A DNA stretch of 64,000 bases from an uncultured Erysipelotrichaceae bacterium (lineage in GTDB: Bacteria > Bacillota_I > Bacilli_A > RF39 > UBA660): the NCBI GenBank assembly GCA_902767375.1, contig CACXGV010000042.1, positions 1,188-65,187 of the forward strand. Reading direction: 5' to 3'. Made by a program: the position numbers and the translations under genes. How positions within the stretch are numbered: the first letter of the stretch is position 1; each line of letters begins with the position of its first letter. Positions 39,465 to 47,627 of this stretch are shown here, one piece after another. The notes under the pieces were generated by a model that saw only the letters and a program-made list of their open reading frames with translations, was not told the DNA's origin and did no database searches.

Positions 39465-39480
39465 TGTTTCACGTGAAACA
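39465..39480. promoter_or_regulatory. parS: parS site 1 (TGTTTCACGTGAAACA)
   Basis: This is a perfect 16-bp palindrome matching the Firmicute parS consensus TGTTNCACGTGAAACA. It lies 14 bp upstream of the ffs -35 element. Confidence 0.8.
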
Positions 39481-39529
39481 ATTTTAGCAATTTTTTAAAA
39501 TTAAGGTTTTTATATATTTGTGAATTTTT

Positions 39530-39545
39530 TATTTCCCGGGAAATA
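39530..39545. promoter_or_regulatory. NBS-type palindrome TATTTCCCGGGAAATA (between parS 1 and 2)
   Basis: This perfect 16-bp palindrome is identical to the copies at 37800 and 40115. It contains the NBS consensus ATTTCCCGGGAAAT. Confidence 0.6.
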
Positions 39546-39565
39546 TTTTTTTGATAATTTTTAGA

Positions 39566-39581
39566 TGTTTCACGTGAAACA
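39566..39581. promoter_or_regulatory. parS: parS site 2
   Basis: Perfect TGTTTCACGTGAAACA. The palindrome extends to 18 bp (ATGTTTCACGTGAAACAT). Confidence 0.8.
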
Positions 39582-39693
39582 TTGTTTATGAAATATATAT
39601 TTTTTATCTATTTATTTAATAATTTTAGCAATTGATTGTTCTATAAAATATTTTATTTAGTTTCTTAAATAATTTCCTAATATTTATAATTGA

Positions 39694-39709
39694 TGTTTCA
39701 CGTGAAACA
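39694..39709. promoter_or_regulatory. parS: parS site 3
   Basis: Perfect TGTTTCACGTGAAACA. It forms the left end of 117-bp repeat unit A. Confidence 0.8.
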
Positions 39710-39791
39710 TTGTTGATAACTATTAATAAATATAGTTATATTACTCACCTCTAAGTTTTACAATGTGTTTTATGTACTGTTCATAATTTAA

Positions 39792-39807
39792 TGTTTCACG
39801 TGAAACA
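39792..39807. promoter_or_regulatory. parS: parS site 4
   Basis: Perfect TGTTTCACGTGAAACA. It forms the right end of repeat unit A, 98 bp from site 3. Confidence 0.8.
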
Positions 39808-39951
39808 TTAAATTTTAAAATACTATTTGTCCGCTTTGTTATATTATAATTGCTATTGCTGTTTTTTTAATATCAGTTCTTGTAATTAAGATGCTTTTTT
39901 AGTTTTTTTATTTTGGTTTTGCTGTTTGCAATTTTTTTAATGGTTTTTTTA

Positions 39952-39967
39952 TGTTTCACGTGAAACA
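39952..39967. promoter_or_regulatory. parS: parS site 5
   Basis: Perfect TGTTTCACGTGAAACA. It forms the left end of repeat unit B. Confidence 0.8.
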
Positions 39968-40049
39968 TTGTTTATAACTATTAATAAATATAGCAATATT
40001 AGTCATTTTTGAGTTTTATAATATATTTTATGTATTGTTCTTGAATTAA

Positions 40050-40065
40050 TGTTTCACGTGAAACA
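40050..40065. promoter_or_regulatory. parS: parS site 6
   Basis: Perfect TGTTTCACGTGAAACA. It forms the right end of repeat unit B, 98 bp from site 5. Confidence 0.8.
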
Positions 40066-40114
40066 TTAATTACAGATTTTAAAAATCTGAATTTTTTAAA
40101 TTTTGTTTACTTTT

Positions 40115-40130
40115 TATTTCCCGGGAAATA
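40115..40130. promoter_or_regulatory. NBS-type palindrome TATTTCCCGGGAAATA (right flank of the parS array, abutting the gyrA terminator)
   Basis: Perfect 16-bp palindrome, the third identical copy in the window. Confidence 0.6.
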
Positions 40131-40158
40131 AAAAAAGAAGAATATTTCTATTCTTCTT
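40131..40158 (-). terminator. Terminator after gyrA
   Basis: On the minus strand AAGAAGAATA-GAAA-TATTCTTCTT is followed by TTTTTTT. It overlaps the gyrA stop codon. Confidence 0.7.
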
Positions 40159-42709
40159 TAGAGTTTTCAACATTATTTTCAGTATCTACTATTTCATCTT
40201 CTTCATTTTTTTGGATTAAGCTAATAGATGATACTTGTTGATTATCTTTAAGATTTATTAGTCTCGTTCCTTGGGTAACTCTACCAAGCTGTGATATTTG
40301 ATCAACAGGAATCCTAATAATTGTTCCTGAATCAGTTATCAACATTAAATCTGAGTTATCTATAACTCGTTTAATAGCAACGATTTCACCATTCTTATCG
40401 GTAACGTTTAGAGCTTTAACTCCTTTGCTACCTCTTTTGGTTTTTCTAAATTCAGAAATTATAGTTTTCTTACCATATCCTTTTTTTGTAACAATTATTA
40501 TATTATCGGATTCTTTAGTTGTTTCTAAACTTACACAAGTAGATCCATCTAGATTAATTCCTTTTACTCCGCTTGCTGTTCTTCCCATAACTCTTATCTC
40601 ATTTTCATTAAATACAGCCATTTTACCTGAACTTGCTGCAAGCATTACGTCACATTCACCATCGGTTTTCTTTACATCAACCAATTCATCATTATCTTTT
40701 AATCCAATACATAATTTTCCTGTTTTTCTGATATTTTCAAATTCACGTACATCTGTTCGTTTTACTAATCCGTTCTTTGTAGCAAATAATAGATATTTGC
40801 ATACATCTTTAGCGGCAATTGACATTATTGATGATACTTTTTCATCTTTTTCAATTGGAAGTAAGTTGATTATTGGTAATCCCTTAGCAGCACGGCTATA
40901 TTCAGGTACCTCATAACCTTTAATTCTATACACTTTTCCTTTATTAGTGAAAATCAATAAGTGGTCGTGTGAGTCTAAATTTAAAATGTATTCTACGTAG
41001 TCTTCTTCATTAGTTGTCATTCCTTTAACTCCGACTCCACCACGGTTTTGTGTTTTATAATTATCTGATGTAATTCTCTTAATGTACCCGTTATGAGTTA
41101 GAGAAACTACTACATTATCGTTTGGAATTAGAGATTCATCCTCTATATAGTCTATTGCGGTCATATCGATATGAGTTCGACGTTCATCCGCATATTTGTC
41201 TTTTATTTCTTGTAATTCTTGTTTTACGATTTCTAGTACTTTTTCATCACTAGCTAAGATAGCTTTTAATTGTTCAATTAATTCTAGTAAATCAGCTAAT
41301 TCTTTTTCAATTTTTTCTCTTTCTAAGCCAGTTAGTCTTCTTAATCTCATTTCAAGAATGGCATCAGCTTGAATTTCAGATAGACCAAAATTCTTAATTA
41401 ATCCACTCTTTGCTTCTTCATCAGTTGCAGATTCTCTAATTAATTTGATTACAGCATCTATGTGATCTAGAGCTATTTTTAAACCTTCTAAAATATGAAC
41501 ACGATTTTCTGCTTTGTTTAAATCAAACTTTGTTCTTCGAACAATTACTGTTCTTTGATGATCAATATACTTAGAAATTATATCTTTTAAGCCTAGAACT
41601 CTAGGTGTTTTATCATCAATCATTAGGAATATTATTCCAAATGTAGTTTGAAAGTTAGTTAATTTATACAATTTATTTAATACAACTTGAGGATTTGCAT
41701 CTTTTTTTAGCGTAATAGTGATTTTTACACCATTTTTTAGATCAGTATGGTAGTCAGATATGCCATCTATTATTTTATTATGAACTAATTCTGCTACTCT
41801 TGTTTTTAAGTCTGATGTATTAACACCATAAGGAACCTCTGTAATGATAATATTACTATGGTTTTGATGTTCTTCAATTTCTGCCTTACTTCTAATAGTA
41901 ATTGTTCCTCGACCTGTTTCATAAGCTTTTTTAATTCCGCTATTTCCTAGTATGATACCACCAGTTGGAAAATCAGGTCCTTTAATATAATGCATTAATC
42001 CATTAGTATCGATATCGGGGTTGTCTATATACGCTATGCAGCCATCTATTACTTCACCTAGGTTGTGTGGTGGAATATTTGTGGCCATACCAACTGCGAT
42101 ACCCATGGTTCCGTTGACAAGTATATTAGGAAATTTTGATGGTAAAACCAAAGGTTCTTTTTTAGTTTCATCAAAGTTTAACTGCATGTCTACTGTATCT
42201 TTATTAATATCTTTTAATAATTCTAATGATATTTTTGATAATCTAGATTCAGTATAACGATATGCAGCTGCTCCATCACCATCAATATTACCAAAGTTTC
42301 CGTGTCCATCTACGAGAGTATATCTTTCTGTCCAGTCTTGAGCTAGACGAACCATTGCTTCATAAATTGAAGTATCTCCATGTGGATGGTAGGAACCAAT
42401 TACGTTACCTACTGTTGTGGCACATTTTTTATGAGGTTTATCTGGAGTATATCCATTTTCATACATTGACCATAAAATTCTACGATGAACTGGTTTTAGA
42501 CCATCTCTTAAATCTGGAATGGCACGAGCCATAATTACGCTCGCAGAATAATCAATAAAAGATTTTTTTACTTCATCAACAATATTATTATGAGTAAAAC
42601 TATCTCTTTCATGAAATTCGCCACTATAAATTGCTGTTTCTTCAGTACTTTCTTCTTCTGAGTCAATTGGTTCTATTTCATTTAAATTATTTAATTCTTC
42701 GTTGTCCAT
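40148..42709 (-). CDS. gyrA: DNA gyrase subunit A
   Basis: AIPDLRDGLKPVHRRILW and the catalytic segment AAAYRYTESRL are present, along with C-terminal beta-pinwheel repeats. The start is set at the ATG at 42709 (MDNEELNN), which has a GGGGTGA RBS. Confidence 0.94.
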   Translation of the reverse strand: MDNEELNNLNEIEPIDSEEESTEETAIYSGEFHERDSFTHNNIVDEVKKSFIDYSASVIMARAIPDLRDGLKPVHRRILWSMYENGYTPDKPHKKCATTVGNVIGSYHPHGDTSIYEAMVRLAQDWTERYTLVDGHGNFGNIDGDGAAAYRYTESRLSKISLELLKDINKDTVDMQLNFDETKKEPLVLPSKFPNILVNGTMGIAVGMATNIPPHNLGEVIDGCIAYIDNPDIDTNGLMHYIKGPDFPTGGIILGNSGIKKAYETGRGTITIRSKAEIEEHQNHSNIIITEVPYGVNTSDLKTRVAELVHNKIIDGISDYHTDLKNGVKITITLKKDANPQVVLNKLYKLTNFQTTFGIIFLMIDDKTPRVLGLKDIISKYIDHQRTVIVRRTKFDLNKAENRVHILEGLKIALDHIDAVIKLIRESATDEEAKSGLIKNFGLSEIQADAILEMRLRRLTGLEREKIEKELADLLELIEQLKAILASDEKVLEIVKQELQEIKDKYADERRTHIDMTAIDYIEDESLIPNDNVVVSLTHNGYIKRITSDNYKTQNRGGVGVKGMTTNEEDYVEYILNLDSHDHLLIFTNKGKVYRIKGYEVPEYSRAAKGLPIINLLPIEKDEKVSSIMSIAAKDVCKYLLFATKNGLVKRTDVREFENIRKTGKLCIGLKDNDELVDVKKTDGECDVMLAASSGKMAVFNENEIRVMGRTASGVKGINLDGSTCVSLETTKESDNIIIVTKKGYGKKTIISEFRKTKRGSKGVKALNVTDKNGEIVAIKRVIDNSDLMLITDSGTIIRIPVDQISQLGRVTQGTRLINLKDNQQVSSISLIQKNEEDEIVDTENNVENSKEE

Positions 42710-42725
42710 TTTTTCACCCCACTTA

Positions 42726-44657
42726 CTAAATATCGACGTCCGCATATCTTGCGTTATCTTCTATAAATTGTCTTCTTGGTTCTACTTCTTCTCCCATTAG
42801 TTTTTCAAATATTGCATCAGCTGCTATTAAATCATCAACTGTGATTCTTCTTAAAACTCGGGTATTAATATCCATTGTAGTTTCATATAATTCCTCAGCG
42901 TCCATTTCACCAAGACCTTTCATTCTGGTAATTTCAGCACGAGTACGATCGCTTTCTTTTAAAGTAGCTAAATATGAATCTCTCTCTTTTTCATCAAGGA
43001 CATATTTACGTGTTTTTCCAAATCTAATTCTAAATAATGGAGGTTGAGCGGCATACACATGACCAGCTTCAACAATTGGTCTAAAATAACGATAAAATAA
43101 GGTTAATAATAGTACTCTAATATGTGCTCCGTCAACATCGGCATCGGTCATAATTACAATTTTGTCATATCTTAATTTAGAAATATCAAAGTCGGCTCCA
43201 ATTCCAGTGCCAAAAGCGGTAATTATTGTTTTAATTTCCTCATTAGATAATGCTTTATCTAATCTTGCTTTTTCAACATTTAAAATTTTACCTCTTAAAG
43301 GAAGAATTGCTTGAGTCATAGAATCTCTTCCTTCTTTTGCTGATCCTGCTGCTGAATCTCCCTCGACTATAAAGATTTCGGAAACTACTGGATCTTTGCT
43401 TTTACAATCTGATAGTTTTCCCCATGTATTAACTGTTGTTAAATCAGATCTTCTTGAAGCCTCTCTAGCTTTTCTAGCAGCATTTCTTGCTCGACAAGCC
43501 GCTAAGGCTTTATCAATAATTATTCTTGCTTCTGAGGGATTTTCCATTAAGAATCTTTCAAATCCTTGTGAAAATACAGAATCTGCTAATTTTCTAACTT
43601 CAGAGTTCCCTAATCTTCCTTTTGTTTGTCCTTCGAATTGAGGATTTGGATGTTTACAAGAAATAATCATTGTTAAACCTTCTTTAACATCATCTCCAGT
43701 TAAAGATTCATCTTTTTCCTTTAAGATATTCGTTTTTCTAGCATAATTATTTATTACTCTAGTTAATGCTCTTCTTACTCCTTCTTCATGGGTTCCACCA
43801 TCGTGAGTATTGATATTGTTAACAAACGAATATATATTGTCATTATATCCAGTATTGTATTGCATTGCGACTTCAAAGAATACTCCATCTTCTTCACCCT
43901 CAAGATGGATTATATCTTCATGAACTGGTGTTTTACCACTATTAATGAATTTTACATATTCACTAATTCCACCTTCATATAGAAAATGTTCACCAGTGGT
44001 GTCTTCTTCATTACGATCGTCTCTTAAAGTAAGAGCTAATCCTTTATTTAGGAATGCTAGTTCTCTTACTCTTACTTTTAAAGTTTCGTAATCGAAAATT
44101 TCTGTATCAAAGATGTCTGGATCTGGTTTAAATGATACTGTTGTTCCAGTACGATTTGCTTCGCATTCTCCTATAACAGTTAGCTTTTGAGCTGTTTTTC
44201 CACCATTTTCAAATTTAGCTTCGTATATTTTTCCTTCTTTATAAACTGTAACGACAACCCATTTTGATAGTGCATTAACAACAGATGCTCCTACTCCGTG
44301 AAGTCCACCTGATACTTTATATCCTCCACCACCAAATTTTCCACCGGCATGTAACACTGTATATACTGTTTCTACAGTAGAAATACCAGTTTTTTTATGG
44401 ATTCCTACTGGAATACCTCTACCATCATCTTTAACAGTTATAGAATTATCTTTATTGATAATTATTTCAATATTTTTACAAAATCCAGCCAATGCTTCAT
44501 CTATTGAATTATCAACAATTTCCCATACTAAATGGTGAAGACCTTTTACATCTGTTGTACCAATGTACATACCGGGTCTTTTTCTTACTGCTTCTAAACC
44601 TTCTAAGACTTGAATATCACTTTCGTTATATTCTAAATTATTGTTATCGTTATTCAT
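42726..44657 (-). CDS. gyrB: DNA gyrase subunit B
   Basis: The GHKL ATPase is marked by [16 protein letters not shown] and GLHGVG. The Toprim domain is marked by [14 protein letters not shown]-like and the [12 protein letters not shown] motifs. Confidence 0.95.
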   Translation of the reverse strand: MNNDNNNLEYNESDIQVLEGLEAVRKRPGMYIGTTDVKGLHHLVWEIVDNSIDEALAGFCKNIEIIINKDNSITVKDDGRGIPVGIHKKTGISTVETVYTVLHAGGKFGGGGYKVSGGLHGVGASVVNALSKWVVVTVYKEGKIYEAKFENGGKTAQKLTVIGECEANRTGTTVSFKPDPDIFDTEIFDYETLKVRVRELAFLNKGLALTLRDDRNEEDTTGEHFLYEGGISEYVKFINSGKTPVHEDIIHLEGEEDGVFFEVAMQYNTGYNDNIYSFVNNINTHDGGTHEEGVRRALTRVINNYARKTNILKEKDESLTGDDVKEGLTMIISCKHPNPQFEGQTKGRLGNSEVRKLADSVFSQGFERFLMENPSEARIIIDKALAACRARNAARKAREASRRSDLTTVNTWGKLSDCKSKDPVVSEIFIVEGDSAAGSAKEGRDSMTQAILPLRGKILNVEKARLDKALSNEEIKTIITAFGTGIGADFDISKLRYDKIVIMTDADVDGAHIRVLLLTLFYRYFRPIVEAGHVYAAQPPLFRIRFGKTRKYVLDEKERDSYLATLKESDRTRAEITRMKGLGEMDAEELYETTMDINTRVLRRITVDDLIAADAIFEKLMGEEVEPRRQFIEDNARYADVDI

Positions 44658-45747
44658 AATCTTTAACCTCTATTCTTTTGTTTGCTATTTTAAAAATACG
44701 ACAATTTGTTAATAATTTTGGATTTACTTTATTAATATCTGTTGTAGTTATGATAATTTGAAAATTCTTTTTAAAGTTTCCAATTAAATTATTAATTTTT
44801 TTATCATCTAACTCACTAAACAAGTCATCTAAAATTAAAATTGGTGTTTTATGAATATTATTTATACAATATTTAATTTCAGATAGTTTAAATGATATTA
44901 TGGCATTTTTTAATTCACCTTCTGATAAAAAATCTTTAGCTAACTTACCATTTATCATAAATACAAAGTCATCCACATGGATTCCTAAGTGAGTTTTTCC
45001 ATAATTAATATCTTTTGATTCATTTTTCTTATATTGTTTTAATAATTCTTCTTTTGTTTTATTTTCATAATTAGTAATATATTTAATATTTAAATTTTCT
45101 TTTTTTACTATTTTTTTAAATATTTTATCTAAATATGAGTTTATTTCATCAATATATTTTTTTCTTATATGATATATTTTTAACCCAATCTCAGCTAGTT
45201 TATCAGTCAAAATATCTAAGTAATCATGCGGTATATTGCCATTAAAATACATTGATTTTAAATAAGTATTTCTTTGTTTTAAAACCTTGTTATATAGACT
45301 TAGGAGTTTTAAATAATCATTATTAAACTCAGAAAGTTCCATATTAATTAGTTTTCTGTGAGTACTAGGATTATCTTTTATTAATTTAATATCTTCTTGA
45401 TTAAATAGAATAACATTTATTTTTGAAATATAATCGCCAATTGATGTTATAGGATTATTATCAATTCGAATATTTTTACCTACTTTATTTATTACTATTT
45501 TATAATTATTAGATATTTTATCAATTATATTAGCTTCAATTACAGCAAATTCTTCATTATCCTTAATTAAAACTTCATCGTTATTAGTTCGAAATGACTT
45601 GGTTAAAGATAAATAATAGATGGCTTCTACTATATTTGTCTTTCCTATCCCATTATTACCGATAATAATATTTTTATATTCTGAAAAATCTAAATTTAAA
45701 TTTTGATAATTCCGAAAATTTTTGAGTTTTAAATTAGTGATTTTCAT
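44650..45747 (-). CDS. recF: DNA replication/repair protein RecF
   Basis: LKNFRNY, the Walker [10 protein letters not shown], the signature SEGELK and the Walker B ILILDD are present. Confidence 0.92.
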   Translation of the reverse strand: MKITNLKLKNFRNYQNLNLDFSEYKNIIIGNNGIGKTNIVEAIYYLSLTKSFRTNNDEVLIKDNEEFAVIEANIIDKISNNYKIVINKVGKNIRIDNNPITSIGDYISKINVILFNQEDIKLIKDNPSTHRKLINMELSEFNNDYLKLLSLYNKVLKQRNTYLKSMYFNGNIPHDYLDILTDKLAEIGLKIYHIRKKYIDEINSYLDKIFKKIVKKENLNIKYITNYENKTKEELLKQYKKNESKDINYGKTHLGIHVDDFVFMINGKLAKDFLSEGELKNAIISFKLSEIKYCINNIHKTPILILDDLFSELDDKKINNLIGNFKKNFQIIITTTDINKVNPKLLTNCRIFKIANKRIEVKDYE

Positions 45748-45767
45748 TTTTAACCTCTTTTAAAGCC

Positions 45768-45810
45768 ATTTAATAATAAAATAGGTATAACTTGTGTCCC
45801 TATACCTATT
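45768..45810 (-). terminator. Hairpin/terminator downstream of comK
   Basis: A 10-bp stem AATAGGTATA/TATACCTATT encloses an 11-nt loop. A T-rich tail follows on the minus strand. Confidence 0.5.
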
Positions 45811-45848
45811 TACATTATATCATAAAAATTAAGCCCTTTAAACAAAAA

Positions 45849-46295
45849 TTAGCTATTTTTTCTATTTTTAAAATTGTTCTCTAAAGATAAAGATTTTAGA
45901 TATTGATTATTAATTATTCGATAAGTAGAATCTACTTCTAAACTTTCTTCATTTAAAAATTCTATACGACATTTATTATCATAATTAGTAATTCTACTAA
46001 TATTAGATAGATTTATCCAGGCACATTCTTTTAATCTTGGAGAACATGTGGGAAAAAATATTAATGGTTGATTTTCTGATACAATTATTGGTGCCTTGTA
46101 ATTAAAACCACTTATATCATATGTTCCTTTTATTCTTCCTTCCATACTACTTCCATTATAACGACAATTATCATCCATGATTCTAGAAATTTTTTGATCA
46201 ATTATATAACAATCATGTTTTTCATATACTACTGTTTTCTTTTTTCCTAATGGAAATAATGCTAGCGTATCGTTACTAATAAAATAATCTTTCAT
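45849..46295 (-). CDS. comK: Competence transcription factor ComK-family protein (short, 148 aa)
   Basis: C-RYNGSSMEGRIKGTYDISGFNYKAPIIVSENQPLIFFPTCSP....CAWIN aligns motif for motif with B. subtilis ComK as I remember it (CRFFGSSYAGRKAGTYEVT..HKPPIMV...IFLFPTLS....CGWIS). Confidence 0.8.
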   Translation of the reverse strand: MKDYFISNDTLALFPLGKKKTVVYEKHDCYIIDQKISRIMDDNCRYNGSSMEGRIKGTYDISGFNYKAPIIVSENQPLIFFPTCSPRLKECAWINLSNISRITNYDNKCRIEFLNEESLEVDSTYRIINNQYLKSLSLENNFKNRKNS

Positions 46296-46337
46296 TATTT
46301 CACCCCCTTGCTTAAGAAAATATTAGAACATATTTAT

Positions 46338-46367
46338 TTGTCGAAATTTGTCAATTATTGTCGAAAA
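46338..46367. repeat. Three tandem 10-bp direct repeats TTGTC(G/A)AWWW in the comK upstream region
   Basis: The plus strand reads TTGTCGAAAT TTGTCAATTA TTGTCGAAAA, so the repeats are phased at one helical turn. They lie 43-72 bp upstream of the comK start codon. Confidence 0.6.
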
Positions 46368-46400
46368 AAACAAAAAATAAAAAAGAGTTTAAAACTCTTT
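46367..46400 (-). terminator. Terminator after dnaN
   Basis: On the minus strand AAAGAGTTT-T-AAACTCTTT is followed by a T-rich run. It overlaps the dnaN stop codon. Confidence 0.65.
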
Positions 46401-47514
46401 AATATGTTTTTATTGGTAAAATTAATTGAATTAAAGATTCATCTGTAGCTGACTTTAGGATAATTGGTTTTGAATCACCATTTAGTAAAATAATTAACTC
46501 GTCTTCTTCAAAGGTCTTTAAAGCGTCTAACATATATTTAGCACTGAAAGATATTGAGATATTTTTATCAGTATTTTTATTAATAGTAACTGTTTCTTCA
46601 GATTTACCTATTTCACTTGATGATGAAGTTATAGTTAAATCATTTTTATCAGTGTCCATTTTAATAATATTTTTATCTTTATTTTGAGTTAATAATGCAG
46701 CACGATCTATTGCAGCATAGTAATCATTTAATGATGTTGTAATTATTATTTCAAAGTCATCTGGAATAAAATTATTGGTATTTGGATAAGTACCACTTAA
46801 TAAACTAGATTGAAATAAATATTCTTCATATTTAAATAATACTTTGTTATCAAATAAGTGAATTTCCACAGTTGAATCATCCGTTAATAATTTATCTAGT
46901 TCATTAATATTTTTACCTGGAATTACTACATTATAAGATTCATATGTTTCATTTAATGTTAAAGTCTTTTTAGCTAAACGATAAGAATCAGTTGCTACAC
47001 ATTCTAAGATATTACCATTTAATTTAAAATTAATACCTGTTAGTAAAGGTCTAGATTCTTGAGTAGATACTGCAAATAAAGTTTGATTTATTACTTGTTT
47101 TAAATCTTTACTGTTGATAACTATTGGTTTTTCAACTTCATCTAAAGAAATATTAGGATAATCTTCAGTATCTAAACAATTTAAATTATAAACTGTATTT
47201 TCTGTACTAATAATTATTTTTAAACCATCTATTACTTCTATATTTATATCTGTATTTGGTAATTTTCTAATTATTTCTAATAAATATTTACTTTGAATTA
47301 TAATTTTACCTGTTTCTGATATATTCTTTATCTTACTTTTAGGAATAAAATTTCTAATAGTAAGATCACTATCACTAGCAGTTAAATATAAACCATCATC
47401 TGTTAGGTTGAACATAACTCCATTTAATATAGGTATTATATTTCTTGGTGATATTGCTCTCATAACATTTGTTAAACTTTCTAATAAAACATTTTTTTCG
47501 ATTAATAATTTCAT
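46399..47514 (-). CDS. dnaN: DNA polymerase III beta sliding clamp
   Basis: The 371-aa product has the three-domain clamp layout. LL..L..V..A...R...PIL.G and ATDSYRLA are present. Confidence 0.93.
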   Translation of the reverse strand: MKLLIEKNVLLESLTNVMRAISPRNIIPILNGVMFNLTDDGLYLTASDSDLTIRNFIPKSKIKNISETGKIIIQSKYLLEIIRKLPNTDINIEVIDGLKIIISTENTVYNLNCLDTEDYPNISLDEVEKPIVINSKDLKQVINQTLFAVSTQESRPLLTGINFKLNGNILECVATDSYRLAKKTLTLNETYESYNVVIPGKNINELDKLLTDDSTVEIHLFDNKVLFKYEEYLFQSSLLSGTYPNTNNFIPDDFEIIITTSLNDYYAAIDRAALLTQNKDKNIIKMDTDKNDLTITSSSSEIGKSEETVTINKNTDKNISISFSAKYMLDALKTFEEDELIILLNGDSKPIILKSATDESLIQLILPIKTY

Positions 47515-47627
47515 TTTAATTCCTTCTTTCTTTTTAGTAGTTGTATTAGCGTTGAAAATGTTGAAAAGTATTTTTATGCCCCATTTTATCTAAAAAAATT
47601 GATGTGTATTATTTTTTTTTATTAATA
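47515..47627. other. oriC: dnaA-dnaN intergenic part of oriC (candidate unwinding region plus tandem weak DnaA boxes)
   Basis: A tandem CGTTGAAAA TGTTGAAAA (47550-47567) is the reverse complement of TTTTCAACA TTTTCAACG. Beside it is an almost pure A/T stretch at 47591-47635. Confidence 0.55.

Larger units (their letters stand above)
39694..39810. repeat. 117-bp direct repeat unit A (parS - 82-bp core - parS)
   Basis: By hand alignment it matches 39952-40068 without gaps, with 15 mismatches over 117 bp. Both ends are the parS palindrome. Confidence 0.8.
39952..40068. repeat. 117-bp direct repeat unit B (parS - 82-bp core - parS)
   Basis: This is the second copy of unit A, with the shared core TTGTT(G/T)ATAACTATTAATAAATATAG...TTTTATGTA.TGTTC. 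Confidence 0.8.

Noticed and set aside
39862-39950. A series of T-tracts between parS 4 and 5 could form intrinsically curved DNA.
   Set aside because: The tract spacing is irregular (about 6-12 bp, plus one larger gap) rather than phased at 10-11 bp. Curvature therefore cannot be supported by eye. It would need a curvature-prediction program.
39465-40068. The regularly recurring 16-18-bp repeat with intervening unique sequence could be a small CRISPR array.
   Set aside because: The repeats are too short and fully palindromic. The spacers are unequal (82-144 bp), and two of them are homologous to each other. There are no cas genes or leader in the window. The repeat also equals the parS consensus exactly.
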